This document shows, in pieces, positions 1 through 9,047 of a stretch of 64,000 nt of DNA. A program made the translations under genes and the position numbers. Origin of the DNA: an uncultured Candidatus Saccharibacteria bacterium (GTDB lineage: Bacteria; Patescibacteriota; Minisyncoccia; Phycocordibacterales; UBA918). Every line of letters begins with the position of its first letter. The stretch's first letter is position 1. The notes beneath the pieces are model-generated. The model did no database searches, had not been told where the DNA came from, and saw nothing but the letters and a program-made list of their open reading frames with translations. Location of the stretch: contig CAYGKO010000002.1 of the NCBI GenBank assembly GCA_964350735.1, positions 90,134 to 154,133 of the forward strand, in the 5' to 3' direction.

Positions 1-602
1 TGCGGACCATCAGTAAAGATACGTTCCTTCACCGCTTTCTCTTCCCGCTTGGAGAGCCACCTACAGAGAGTAATATCTGTTCGCTCTCATGGCGCTTCCT
101 GTTTGCAACGGTGTTCATGTGGTGGGCAATGCTCCTACTTTGGATACTCGTTCAAGTTATATGTGCACTACTACTGATCATAGCCTATATGGCTGGAGAC
201 ATTAGCCTTATTCGCTACGGTAAAGTTCGCCGCTTGGGAATCTGGGGCAGATCTCTGTTCATGGTCAGCGCAAACGAGTTACACAATAACCCCAGGAGCA
301 TCAGATGGTTCGGCTACAGGCCAGGAGATGTAATCTTCGCAGCTGCAGGATTATTACTCGCAGCATTCTACGGTCCAGGATTCATCTTTGGTACCGTCGA
401 AACCGTTACGGACATCGGTTCTCATATGCTTGGCTGGGGAACACCCGAATGGCGCATAGCTACATATGTCGCGATCGTCGTAGCCATGTTTGGTTTTGTT
501 GCTTGGGTACATGATAGCAAAACCGAATTCGCAATCTTCGTTCGCGCCATGATCAAAAGCAAACAAAAGAAAGTCTGCTTCAAGGTTAAAATCGAAACCT
601 GA
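1..602 (+). CDS. Hypothetical membrane protein, 5'-partial (frame open to the window edge)
   Basis: The frame of ORF 111..602 has no stop back to base 3 (RTISKDTFLHRF...), and bases 1-2 'tg' could complete an ATG. It has 3 hydrophobic segments and a basic C-terminus (KSKQKKVCFKVKIE). Confidence 0.65.
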   Translation, partial: RTISKDTFLHRFLFPLGEPPTESNICSLSWRFLFATVFMWWAMLLLWILVQVICALLLIIAYMAGDISLIRYGKVRRLGIWGRSLFMVSANELHNNPRSIRWFGYRPGDVIFAAAGLLLAAFYGPGFIFGTVETVTDIGSHMLGWGTPEWRIATYVAIVVAMFGFVAWVHDSKTEFAIFVRAMIKSKQKKVCFKVKIET

Positions 603-621
603 TCAGTCAGTCCGCAAAATC

Positions 622-647
622 GGAAAGGGCGCCCGTCGCCCTTTTCC
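622..647 (+). terminator. Intrinsic terminator-like hairpin
   Basis: ggaaagggcg-cccgt-cgcccttttcc followed by a T-rich tract. Confidence 0.6.
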
Positions 648-702
648 ACCCTTTTTATATTTAAGATGAAACTTGGTGTCTTGGTGGCTTATAATATATT
701 TA

Positions 703-1185
703 ATGGAGACCGCAACAATAATCGACTTCCTCAAAGAGTCTCTCTATCTAATTTTAGTTTTCGGAGGCTTCTTACTGTACTCGATGGTGCGCGGAAAGCA
801 GTCGCTTATCAATCTCATTATGGGGTTGTATTTGGCATTACTGCTTTCAATCGAGTTTCCATATTACGACACCCTCATCGGTGGGGCCGGGGCGGCCAGC
901 GAATCGATCATAAAGATCATTATTTTCGCAGCGTTTGCCGTATTTTCAACATTACTCTTTGGACACCTCATGCCTCGCGAGTTTGATGAAACCGCCTTTG
1001 AAGGCTTTGGGAAGAAAGCGCTCTTCGCCTTGGGAGCTACCGTCCTCGTGATGGCCTTCAGCTTCCACGTTCTCCCCGTCACTGAGTTCCTCACACCTGG
1101 CAGCCCAATCCAATCTCTCTTCGCCCCGGAAAGCCTTTTCTTCTGGTGGCTGTTTGCCCCGTTAGCAGTCTTATTTTTATTATGA
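703..1185 (+). CDS. Membrane protein (CvpA/colicin V production-like, tentative)
   Basis: About 5 TM segments. ATG at 703 lies 7 nt after TATAAT (690-695). Confidence 0.6.
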   Translation: METATIIDFLKESLYLILVFGGFLLYSMVRGKQSLINLIMGLYLALLLSIEFPYYDTLIGGAGAASESIIKIIIFAAFAVFSTLLFGHLMPREFDETAFEGFGKKALFALGATVLVMAFSFHVLPVTEFLTPGSPIQSLFAPESLFFWWLFAPLAVLFLL

Positions 1186-2087
1186 CATCTGGTTTGGTAC
1201 TTGGAATTATAGCTGCTTTTTTCTGGTCACTCACAAACATTATCGATAAATACTTGGTTACTAAATACGCCAATGATGGAAATATTGGCGGTGTACTTCT
1301 ACTGTCCTGCTTCTTTCCAATCATACTCGCGTTCTTAGCATTTGTAGTATCCAAAAATATCTATTTTGCTATACAAGAAACCTTCTATCTTCTAACCTCA
1401 GGCTTCTTAATGGTCGCTTGGATCTATTTTTATCTGAAAGCCTTAGTTGAAGACGATACTTCAGTAGTTATGACACTACTTGTATTAGCACCTTTGTTTT
1501 CATTATTTTTTGCTGCATTTATTTTAAACGAGGTTCCAACAATTTTTGAGATACTAGCTGGCGGACTCATAGTGTGTGGCGCACTAGTCGTATCGTACGC
1601 TCCAGCAGAAAGGGGGATTAAGTTACCTCTACTTATCTACGCTGTGGGCGCCTCTACCGTAATGGGTTTAATGCATACATTATTCAAGTTTGTAACAATT
1701 TCTGAGGATTTTTGGAACTCTATGTTTTGGAGATCTGTTGGAATGATTTTATGTGGAATCATTTTATTCGTCTTTGTTAAGAGCTACCAAAAGGCATTCA
1801 AAGAATTTATTAAGCGATATCTAAAGCAAGGTCTTTTACTTAATTCAACTAACGAAAGTTTGACGTTGTTAGGGGACACAATTTTTGCATTTGCTATACT
1901 TTTTGCCCCACTTGCATTAGTGCAAACAACAGAATCATATCAACCTGTTTTTATCTTACTGTTAGTGCTTATACTTTCACGACTGGGAATCAAGTTTGTT
2001 GAAGAAGATTTTAATCCTAAAAGGTTACCATTCAAAGTTGTGGGGATTTTACTAACTCTGGCTGGGAGCTCATTACTTATTTTATAA
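1182..2087 (+). CDS. EamA/DMT family transporter
   Basis: About 10 TM helices in two repeats, N-terminal 'AAFFWSLTNIIDKY', ATGA overlap with the upstream gene. Confidence 0.85.
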   Translation: MTSGLVLGIIAAFFWSLTNIIDKYLVTKYANDGNIGGVLLLSCFFPIILAFLAFVVSKNIYFAIQETFYLLTSGFLMVAWIYFYLKALVEDDTSVVMTLLVLAPLFSLFFAAFILNEVPTIFEILAGGLIVCGALVVSYAPAERGIKLPLLIYAVGASTVMGLMHTLFKFVTISEDFWNSMFWRSVGMILCGIILFVFVKSYQKAFKEFIKRYLKQGLLLNSTNESLTLLGDTIFAFAILFAPLALVQTTESYQPVFILLLVLILSRLGIKFVEEDFNPKRLPFKVVGILLTLAGSSLLIL

Positions 2088-2138
2088 CCCACAGCTACCC
2101 AAGGACTTTCAATAAAATATGCTAATCTTAAATTAGTT

Positions 2139-2483
2139 ATGAATGTCAAAAACCTCCCAATAAAAATATTTCTATCTCTCATTACCATAACTATAGCGGC
2201 TGTTTTTTTGAGCATGTACGCGAGATACATTTTTGCACAAGATTATTATTTTCTAGTAGAGGCACCGTGTGACCCAGAGTTGCAAGTCTGCTTTGAGAGA
2301 AGCTGTGATGACTATTGTCCACCTAATGAACTAGAAGTCTATAAAACCTACCAAATCAAGGCAAATGAGTACAAAAAGTGCTCAACAAATACGTGTACTA
2401 ATATATGCGAAAATAGTGAGACTGCTGACACATGCGAAGAGTTAGTCTGTAACCCAGAAGCTGATGAAGTCTGTACTAGTTAA
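2139..2483 (+). CDS. Small membrane-anchored Cys-rich protein
   Basis: N-terminal TM followed by a domain with 10 Cys (CDP..C..C..C..C..C..C..C..C..C). Confidence 0.7.
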   Translation: MNVKNLPIKIFLSLITITIAAVFLSMYARYIFAQDYYFLVEAPCDPELQVCFERSCDDYCPPNELEVYKTYQIKANEYKKCSTNTCTNICENSETADTCEELVCNPEADEVCTS

Positions 2484-3294
2484 AACCTATCAAAACACTA
2501 GTGTAAACATCTTTTCTGATGCTTCTTTCTTGTACACATCCAAAGCAGCATTACTTAAGGAGCTCGACGCAAGAAAATTTGATGAGACTCTTAAAATTAA
2601 AACAGAAAAAAATAACCAAAATCTCACTCCTGGACTTGCAGAACAATTAAATGAACCACGACTAATTTTCTTTAGACAGGTAGCGACACCACTCCATGAA
2701 ACCTTACATATTTTAGAAATTGCCAGAGAGTTAAATATCAAACCATTAATTCTCGAATTTTCAAAAGATATATTTGTCTCAAAAGGTAATTTTTATAAAA
2801 AATCCTTAGGTAAATTACCTGTATACAAACAAACTAACAAACACGGAAGAGATCTATTCGCGTATCATACTATTGTTGACTTCAATAAATATGCTGGTGG
2901 GACACTAGCAGCTGTACAAACTCTCAACAATGAGTCTCTTATTTCGTTTCATCATGAACTTTTTCAATATGTTACTGGAATTGACCCAAAAACAATTATT
3001 TACGATGCGTCAGAATGGTTTGAGCAATTTGATTATCAAGCAGAAAATTATTATTACCAATTTTTATCATTCTTCCTAAAAGATCATGTTTTAGCTGAGA
3101 TTTTTCATGTACATGGAGAAGAAAAGAGACTGTCCAAGAACGTTGTGATTCCTGCTTTCCAAAAACTCACTCAGGAATATTCTATAAAACCATTGATCTT
3201 TAACTATCAACCTAAAAGAGAACAGACTCGACTATACTGGGATTGTTATCCCAATAAAGTTAATGAATTCCTGGAAAAAAAAGGCTATAGTTAA
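2464..3294 (+). CDS. Conserved-looking hypothetical soluble protein (276 aa)
   Basis: Long ORF overlapping the upstream gene and ending 5 nt before the kinase. Motifs include RQVATP, IVDFNKY, SFHH, DASEWF, YYYQFL, KPLI and YWDCYP. Confidence 0.75.
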   Translation: MKSVLVKTYQNTSVNIFSDASFLYTSKAALLKELDARKFDETLKIKTEKNNQNLTPGLAEQLNEPRLIFFRQVATPLHETLHILEIARELNIKPLILEFSKDIFVSKGNFYKKSLGKLPVYKQTNKHGRDLFAYHTIVDFNKYAGGTLAAVQTLNNESLISFHHELFQYVTGIDPKTIIYDASEWFEQFDYQAENYYYQFLSFFLKDHVLAEIFHVHGEEKRLSKNVVIPAFQKLTQEYSIKPLIFNYQPKREQTRLYWDCYPNKVNEFLEKKGYS

Positions 3295-3299
3295 AAATT

Positions 3300-4958
3300 A
3301 TGGATCTTTTTAATACTTGCTATGAAACAACTAACGAAGTGCGTGCTTTAGCCTACTACTCGCACCTTATTCCAGGATTCATTACTTTACTACTTGGTTC
3401 TTTTGTTCTTATTTTTGCAAAAAATAAAACTAAAGCACTACTGTTCTTTTCCTTCACTTCACTACTAGTGCTCTGGTTACTTGGAAATCTGGTAACTTGG
3501 ACCTCAAATGATTATTTTCTAGTCGCTGCTTTTTGGTCTACCCTTGACTATATAAATATTCTTTTTTATCTGGCCATCTTCTGCTTCATAGTAGTTGATT
3601 TTACTAAAAATAAACGATTGCCCTATTGGATTTTATTGCCAGTTATAGTTATAGGGATAGTCCCATTCTTACTTACTGTTGCAGGCATGTCTGTTCATGA
3701 ATTTGATTTACCAAATTGTGAAATGTATGGCAATGCTATAATAGCTGAATACAAACTAGTGACTGAATGGCTGATTATATTTGGAATTTTAGTTGCCGCA
3801 ATAATTGCTGTCATTAGAAACTGGGGTTCTAGAAATGAAGTCAGGAGAATCATCATAGCTGCCATATCTGTAGCAGTATTCTTGGGAATTTTCTCCAGTA
3901 CAGAGTACATTTCAACAGCAACAGATATTTATGAAATTAATTTATATGCCCTGTTCACATTGCCAATTTTCTTAGCAATTTTGACTTATTCAATTCTAGA
4001 ACATGGAACTTTCAAGTTCAATGTCGACAGTATCTGGGTCCTTCGAGTACTTTTTATAGTTTTTCTACTTGTGAGTTCATCTAAATTCTTACTCGACGAG
4101 AACTTTGTTGAATACCTTATTACAGGACTTAGTACCTTGGCTACAACCTTCTTTGGATTACTTGTATTGAGAAGTGCGGCGCGTGAAAATGCCCAACGAA
4201 AAGAGTTAGAACAGATAACAGGTAAGCTCGAAAAAGCTAATAAACGACTGAAGATTCTAGATCAGATGAAGTCTGAGTTTGTGTCGATCGCCTCGCATCA
4301 ATTACGTAGTCCATTAACCTCTATTCGAGGGTACGCGTCAATGCTCCTTGAAGGAAGTTTTGGTAAACTCTCTGATAAATCACAAGAAGCTGTAGAAAAA
4401 ATTGCTGATTCGAGTCGTTTTATGGCCTTGTCTGTAGAGGACTATCTGAATGTGTCTCGAATTCAGTCTGGAAAAATGAAGTATGAGAAGTCTGATTTTA
4501 ACCTAAAAGACATGACCTTCAGTCTCGTTGACGACATGCGTCGTGAAGCCATGCGCCACGGACTTGTACTCAAAGCGAAATCTGATCTGCAAAGCAAAGG
4601 GATTGTTAATGCTGATATTGGAAAGACCCGTCAGGTTATTCAAAATCTAGTCGATAACGCTTTGAAGTACACTCCAAAAGGAACCATCACGGTAACCGTC
4701 CGCGACAGCAAAAAATCGAAGAAAATATACATTGATGTAGCTGATTCTGGAATAGGAATGGATCCAGCTACCATCGAGACACTTTTCGATAAATTTGAGC
4801 GAGCTCATAATGCCAATGATGTAAATGTGACCGGCACTGGACTGGGTCTCTATATTGCTCGCAAAATGACTGAGGATATGGGTGGCACTTTAACCGCCAC
4901 TTCTGTTGGGGAAGGCAAAGGCTCAATCTTCACTATCGAGCTTCCACTTCAAATGTAG
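3300..4958 (+). CDS. Sensor histidine kinase with multi-TM N-terminal sensor
   Basis: H-box SIASHQLRSPL, N-box NLVDNALKYT, G1 DSGIG and G2 GTGLGL, preceded by about 9 TM segments. Confidence 0.92.
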   Translation: MDLFNTCYETTNEVRALAYYSHLIPGFITLLLGSFVLIFAKNKTKALLFFSFTSLLVLWLLGNLVTWTSNDYFLVAAFWSTLDYINILFYLAIFCFIVVDFTKNKRLPYWILLPVIVIGIVPFLLTVAGMSVHEFDLPNCEMYGNAIIAEYKLVTEWLIIFGILVAAIIAVIRNWGSRNEVRRIIIAAISVAVFLGIFSSTEYISTATDIYEINLYALFTLPIFLAILTYSILEHGTFKFNVDSIWVLRVLFIVFLLVSSSKFLLDENFVEYLITGLSTLATTFFGLLVLRSAARENAQRKELEQITGKLEKANKRLKILDQMKSEFVSIASHQLRSPLTSIRGYASMLLEGSFGKLSDKSQEAVEKIADSSRFMALSVEDYLNVSRIQSGKMKYEKSDFNLKDMTFSLVDDMRREAMRHGLVLKAKSDLQSKGIVNADIGKTRQVIQNLVDNALKYTPKGTITVTVRDSKKSKKIYIDVADSGIGMDPATIETLFDKFERAHNANDVNVTGTGLGLYIARKMTEDMGGTLTATSVGEGKGSIFTIELPLQM

Positions 4959-4993
4959 TTTGCTCCCAGCCTGGTCTTTGCTACACTACAGTT

Positions 4994-5932
4994 ATGAAAC
5001 AACGACTTCTCACTGGACTACAATCCTCAGGCGACCTGCATATTGGTAATTACTTCGGGGCACTCAAACCTTTTCTTGAGATGTACGAAGAGTACGACAG
5101 TCATCTCATGGTGGCTGATTATCATGCGCTCACTTCGCTCCGCGATCCCGAAGTAATGCGACAAAACATTTACAACGTAGTTCGGGACTATCTAGCCGTT
5201 GGAGTCGACCCCGAGAAATGCATTATTTTCCGTCAGTCTGACAATCAAGATCATGTTGAATTAGGCTGGGTGCTTGACTGTATGGTGACTGTGCCGTTTC
5301 TCATGCAAGGACATGCTTATAAAGACAAAGTGGCTAAAGGCCTTGAGCCAAACGCCGGCCTCTTTACCTACCCCATGTTACAAGCGGCCGATATCACGCT
5401 CTACGATGTCGATGTGGTACCGGTCGGGGAAGACCAGCGCCAACACCTCGAATACACTCGCGAAGCGGTGGGGAAGTTCAACCGCGCGTTTGGGGAAGTA
5501 CTCAAAGAACCAAAAGAAAAAATTATTGATTCAGTCGGAATAATCCCTGGGACCGATGGTGAAAAGATGAGCAAGAGTAAAGGAAATACGATTCCTCTTT
5601 TTGGTAGTGAGAAAGAAGTTGAGAAAGCCGTCATGGGGATTGTGACTGACTCGTCGGGAGATCGTCCGGAACACGTCTACGCCATTCACAAACTCCTGCG
5701 CTCTGAAGCCGAACTCGAATCTATGTACGAAGAACACAAAGGTCGCTACGGTGACTTGAAAAAGCTCTTAGTAGCCGATCTTGAAGCCCTCATCAGCCCG
5801 ATGCGTGAACGCCGCAATGCTATTACTGATGAAGAGATCCGTGCTGTCCTCGCCGACGGGGTTGCGCGAGCCAAAGTAACCTCTAATCAAACTTTAGCAA
5901 AGGTACGAAAAGCAGTTGGTATTTCCCTGTAG
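4994..5932 (+). CDS. trpS: Tryptophan--tRNA ligase
   Basis: HIGN motif, YPMLQAADI, VPVGEDQRQH and KMSKS. Confidence 0.96.
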   Translation: MKQRLLTGLQSSGDLHIGNYFGALKPFLEMYEEYDSHLMVADYHALTSLRDPEVMRQNIYNVVRDYLAVGVDPEKCIIFRQSDNQDHVELGWVLDCMVTVPFLMQGHAYKDKVAKGLEPNAGLFTYPMLQAADITLYDVDVVPVGEDQRQHLEYTREAVGKFNRAFGEVLKEPKEKIIDSVGIIPGTDGEKMSKSKGNTIPLFGSEKEVEKAVMGIVTDSSGDRPEHVYAIHKLLRSEAELESMYEEHKGRYGDLKKLLVADLEALISPMRERRNAITDEEIRAVLADGVARAKVTSNQTLAKVRKAVGISL

Positions 5933-5938
5933 ATTAGC

Positions 5939-5944
5939 TATACT
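5939..5944 (+). promoter_or_regulatory. -10 element for the T-box leader
   Basis: TATACT sits 6 nt upstream of the predicted Stem I start (5951). Confidence 0.6.
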
Positions 5945-5950
5945 AAAAAA

Positions 5951-6102
5951 ACCTAAGAAGCAGCTGACACTGTGGAGGTGAAGTAACATATTAAATGAAG
6001 TGCTCGAATGAGCAAGAAGTAGGGTGGCACCGCGACCCATGATCATATGATCGTAATCGCCCCTACAAAAGTATTATTGGTAATATTTTTGTAGGGGCGA
6101 TT
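5951..6102 (+). ncRNA. T-box riboswitch (Asp, GAC specifier), minimal architecture
   Basis: T-box motif AGGGTGGCACCGCG at 6021-6034. Antiterminator: GTAGGG/CCCTAC plus a 7-nt TGGCACC bulge plus GCGA/TCGC. A mutually exclusive hairpin spans 6055-6102, and aspS lies downstream. Confidence 0.88.
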
Positions 6103-6108
6103 TGTATT

Positions 6109-6459
6109 ATGTCAGAAAGTCCATGGACACCGAACGCAGCTACTGCTGCGGAAATGAAAGAATTCGATACTATTAGAGCAATCAACGAGACCGAAGCTGC
6201 TCTGATCAAAAGCTCATTGACCAACTATTTCAAAGTAAAAGGTATCCCAGCTGTCATTAATATTCAAGATACTGGCACTATCGAAATACTATTTAGGGAT
6301 GCGTCACAGATTTCAGTCGAAGATCACGACACGATCACTGATACTGTAAAACACTTTAGCAAAACACTTCCAGCACATGAATATGCCACTGTATATGTAG
6401 AAACCCCAAAAGATTTTTCACACAGCGTTATTAAATTTGAATTAAGAAAATATGAATAG
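6109..6459 (+). CDS. Hypothetical protein (116 aa)
   Basis: Lies between the T-box and aspS and overlaps the aspS start by 8 nt. Confidence 0.65.
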   Translation: MSESPWTPNAATAAEMKEFDTIRAINETEAALIKSSLTNYFKVKGIPAVINIQDTGTIEILFRDASQISVEDHDTITDTVKHFSKTLPAHEYATVYVETPKDFSHSVIKFELRKYE

Positions 6460-7810
6460 AGTACTAATCAGCGCACTTAGCGAACACAAAACCGAAACCG
6501 TGCTGATAAACGGGTGGGTTGATGTGGCCCGCCAACAAGGAAAGATGGCGTTCTTTGATTTCAGAGATCGGAGCGGACAAGTACAAGGGGTAGTTTTTGG
6601 GAAGCCAGAAGTGCTTGAAGTAGCCAAAACGCTCCGCCAAGAAAGTGCTGTGGCTATCACTGGCGTTGTAAACGAACGGCCGGAGAAAATGGTGAACGAC
6701 AAGGTGGTAAATGGCGATATCGAGCTTGAAATCACCGCTATCGAAGTACTCAATCAATCAGCCGAACTGCCATTTGATATGGACGCTGAAATGAAACTGG
6801 AAACGATTCTTGATAACCGACCGTTAACGCTTAAGAACAGTCGTTCGCAAGATATCTTTAAAGTAGCCGCCACGATCGTGCAGTCATACCGACAAGCCTT
6901 GATGGACCAAGAATTCGTCGAATTTCAAGCTCCAGCCCTAGTTGGAGAAGACGCTGAAGGTGGGGCCGAGGTTTTCAAAGTTGAATACTTTAAAGATCGC
7001 ACCGCAAACCTAGCTACCAGCCCGCAGCTGTATAAAGAAATTATGACCGGTGCGTTTGAGCGCGTATTTACCATTGCCAAAATCTTCCGAGCCGAGAAAA
7101 GTGCTACGACACGGCACTTATCAGAAATTACGCAGATGGACTTCGAAATGTCATTCATCAAAGACCACAACGACGTCATGGACACACTAGAGTCAGTCAC
7201 TCGAGCCGTTTGTGCTGCTGTAGTAGAAAAGCACGCTGATGTATTTGCCCGATTTGACGCTACCGCTCCCACCATACCAGAAGCAGCCTACCCACGGCTG
7301 ACGCTACTTGAAGTACAAGAAATTCTTAAAGTTGAATATGACATTGATGCGGTTGGAGACACTGACCTAGAGCCAGAACACGAACGGAAGATCTGTGCAT
7401 GGGCTAAGGAAAAGCATGGTTCGGACTTTGTATTCGTGACAGAATTCCCAACGGCCAAGCGTGCCTTCTATACCTACCCCGTACCAGAAAACCCTGAGCG
7501 CTCGCGCAGCTTCGACCTCTTGTTCCGCGGGCTTGAAATCAACAGTGGCGCCCAACGCTATCACGACTACGATGAGATGGTAGAGAAAATTAAAACTAAA
7601 GGTCTCGACCCAGCAAAATTTGAGTTTTATCTCATGATGCACAAGTACGGCGCAGCTCCGCATGGTGGCTGTTCAACCGGGCTCGAGCGCTTCACCAGCC
7701 GCATGCTTGAACTACCAAATGTAAAAGAAGCCGTACCATTTCCACGCGACATTAACCGCATCGACGTTCTGCTCTCGAAGGGAGAACAAATGGAAGATAA
7801 AGCTGAATAA
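6452..7810 (+). CDS. aspS: Aspartate--tRNA(Asp/Asn) ligase, short archaeal/non-discriminating type
   Basis: OB-fold N-terminus (FFDFRDRSG), LATSPQLYKE, FRAEKSATTRHLSE, GLEINSGAQR and HGGCSTGLER. At 452 aa it lacks the GAD insertion. Confidence 0.92.
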   Translation: MNRVLISALSEHKTETVLINGWVDVARQQGKMAFFDFRDRSGQVQGVVFGKPEVLEVAKTLRQESAVAITGVVNERPEKMVNDKVVNGDIELEITAIEVLNQSAELPFDMDAEMKLETILDNRPLTLKNSRSQDIFKVAATIVQSYRQALMDQEFVEFQAPALVGEDAEGGAEVFKVEYFKDRTANLATSPQLYKEIMTGAFERVFTIAKIFRAEKSATTRHLSEITQMDFEMSFIKDHNDVMDTLESVTRAVCAAVVEKHADVFARFDATAPTIPEAAYPRLTLLEVQEILKVEYDIDAVGDTDLEPEHERKICAWAKEKHGSDFVFVTEFPTAKRAFYTYPVPENPERSRSFDLLFRGLEINSGAQRYHDYDEMVEKIKTKGLDPAKFEFYLMMHKYGAAPHGGCSTGLERFTSRMLELPNVKEAVPFPRDINRIDVLLSKGEQMEDKAE

Positions 7811-7812
7811 GT

Positions 7813-9045
7813 ATGCAGCAAAGCTATACCCCAAAAGAAGAAACATTGGAAAAGTACGCTGACCTTATAGTTGAATTCGGTTTACAAAATAGAAACGGAA
7901 CCAAGCCAAAACCAGGCAGTGTTGTTCACTTTATAGTTCCTGAGGCAGCAAAACCCCTCTACGTTCACTTGAACCGATCAATCCTTAAGCATGGCTATAA
8001 CCCGCTTGGAAAACTCATCCCAGGCTCTGACGAAACACACAATCTTGATGAAGACTTCTTTACCTACGCAAATAAAGCCCAGCGAGAATTTTTTGCTGCT
8101 AAAGAGCAAAAGGGGTTAATCGAAGAAATTGATTGTGTAATCCATGTATTGGCTGAAACCAATCCCCACAGTCTTAAGAACATTAATTCAAAATTAGTGC
8201 TTGAACGCCAACAAGCACTGAAAAAAGGTATTAGCTGGAAACGTAAAAAAATTGACGAAGGAAAACTCAATTGGACTATCGTGCTCTATGGAACAGACGC
8301 GCAAGCTGAAGAAGCAGGCCTGACGCCAAAACAATATTGGGACCAGATTATCAAGGCATGTTATTTAGATCACGATAAACCCACAAAAGAATGGTTCCGG
8401 ATTAATAAGATCGTCCAAAAAACTGCTCAGAAATTAACCAACTTAAAAATTGAATCTTTGCACGTTGTTGGGCCTGATATTGACCTTGAAGTTGGAATTG
8501 GTCAAAATCGCGGATGGCGTGCTGGAGGAGGAAACAACATCCCGTCATTTGAAGTCTTCACTTCTCCAACTTGGCAAAAGATAAACGGCTGGGCACGATT
8601 AAATCAACCGCATTATCGTTATGGAAAGAAAATTGAAGGGATCGAACTATGGTTTAAAGACGGTATCGTTGTGAAGTCAAAAGCTACCAAGAATCACGAC
8701 CTTCTCAAAAGCATGCTTAAAACTCCTGGGGGAAATAAACTAGGTGAGTTTTCTCTCACCGACGCCCGCTTATCACGGATTAACAAATTTATGGCCGAAA
8801 TTCTGTACGATGAGAATACTGGTGGTAAATACGGTAATACGCACATCGCACTAGGGGCTGCCTTCCGAGAATGTTATGAAGGAAAAGTTGACCCTAAATG
8901 GAAGAACGCTGATTGGGATAAACTTGGTTTTAACTACTCAGTGGTTCACTCTGATGTAATATCTACTACTGACAGAACCGTCACGGCAACCTTAGCCGAT
9001 GGTACAAAAAAAGTGATCTATAAAAAAGGTCAATTTACTATTTAG
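7813..9045 (+). CDS. Aminopeptidase (M29, AmpS/AmpT-like)
   Basis: NIPSFEVFTSP, LGEFSL, LYDEN, HIALG and SVVHSD. Confidence 0.92.
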   Translation: MQQSYTPKEETLEKYADLIVEFGLQNRNGTKPKPGSVVHFIVPEAAKPLYVHLNRSILKHGYNPLGKLIPGSDETHNLDEDFFTYANKAQREFFAAKEQKGLIEEIDCVIHVLAETNPHSLKNINSKLVLERQQALKKGISWKRKKIDEGKLNWTIVLYGTDAQAEEAGLTPKQYWDQIIKACYLDHDKPTKEWFRINKIVQKTAQKLTNLKIESLHVVGPDIDLEVGIGQNRGWRAGGGNNIPSFEVFTSPTWQKINGWARLNQPHYRYGKKIEGIELWFKDGIVVKSKATKNHDLLKSMLKTPGGNKLGEFSLTDARLSRINKFMAEILYDENTGGKYGNTHIALGAAFRECYEGKVDPKWKNADWDKLGFNYSVVHSDVISTTDRTVTATLADGTKKVIYKKGQFTI

Positions 9046-9047
9046 AT

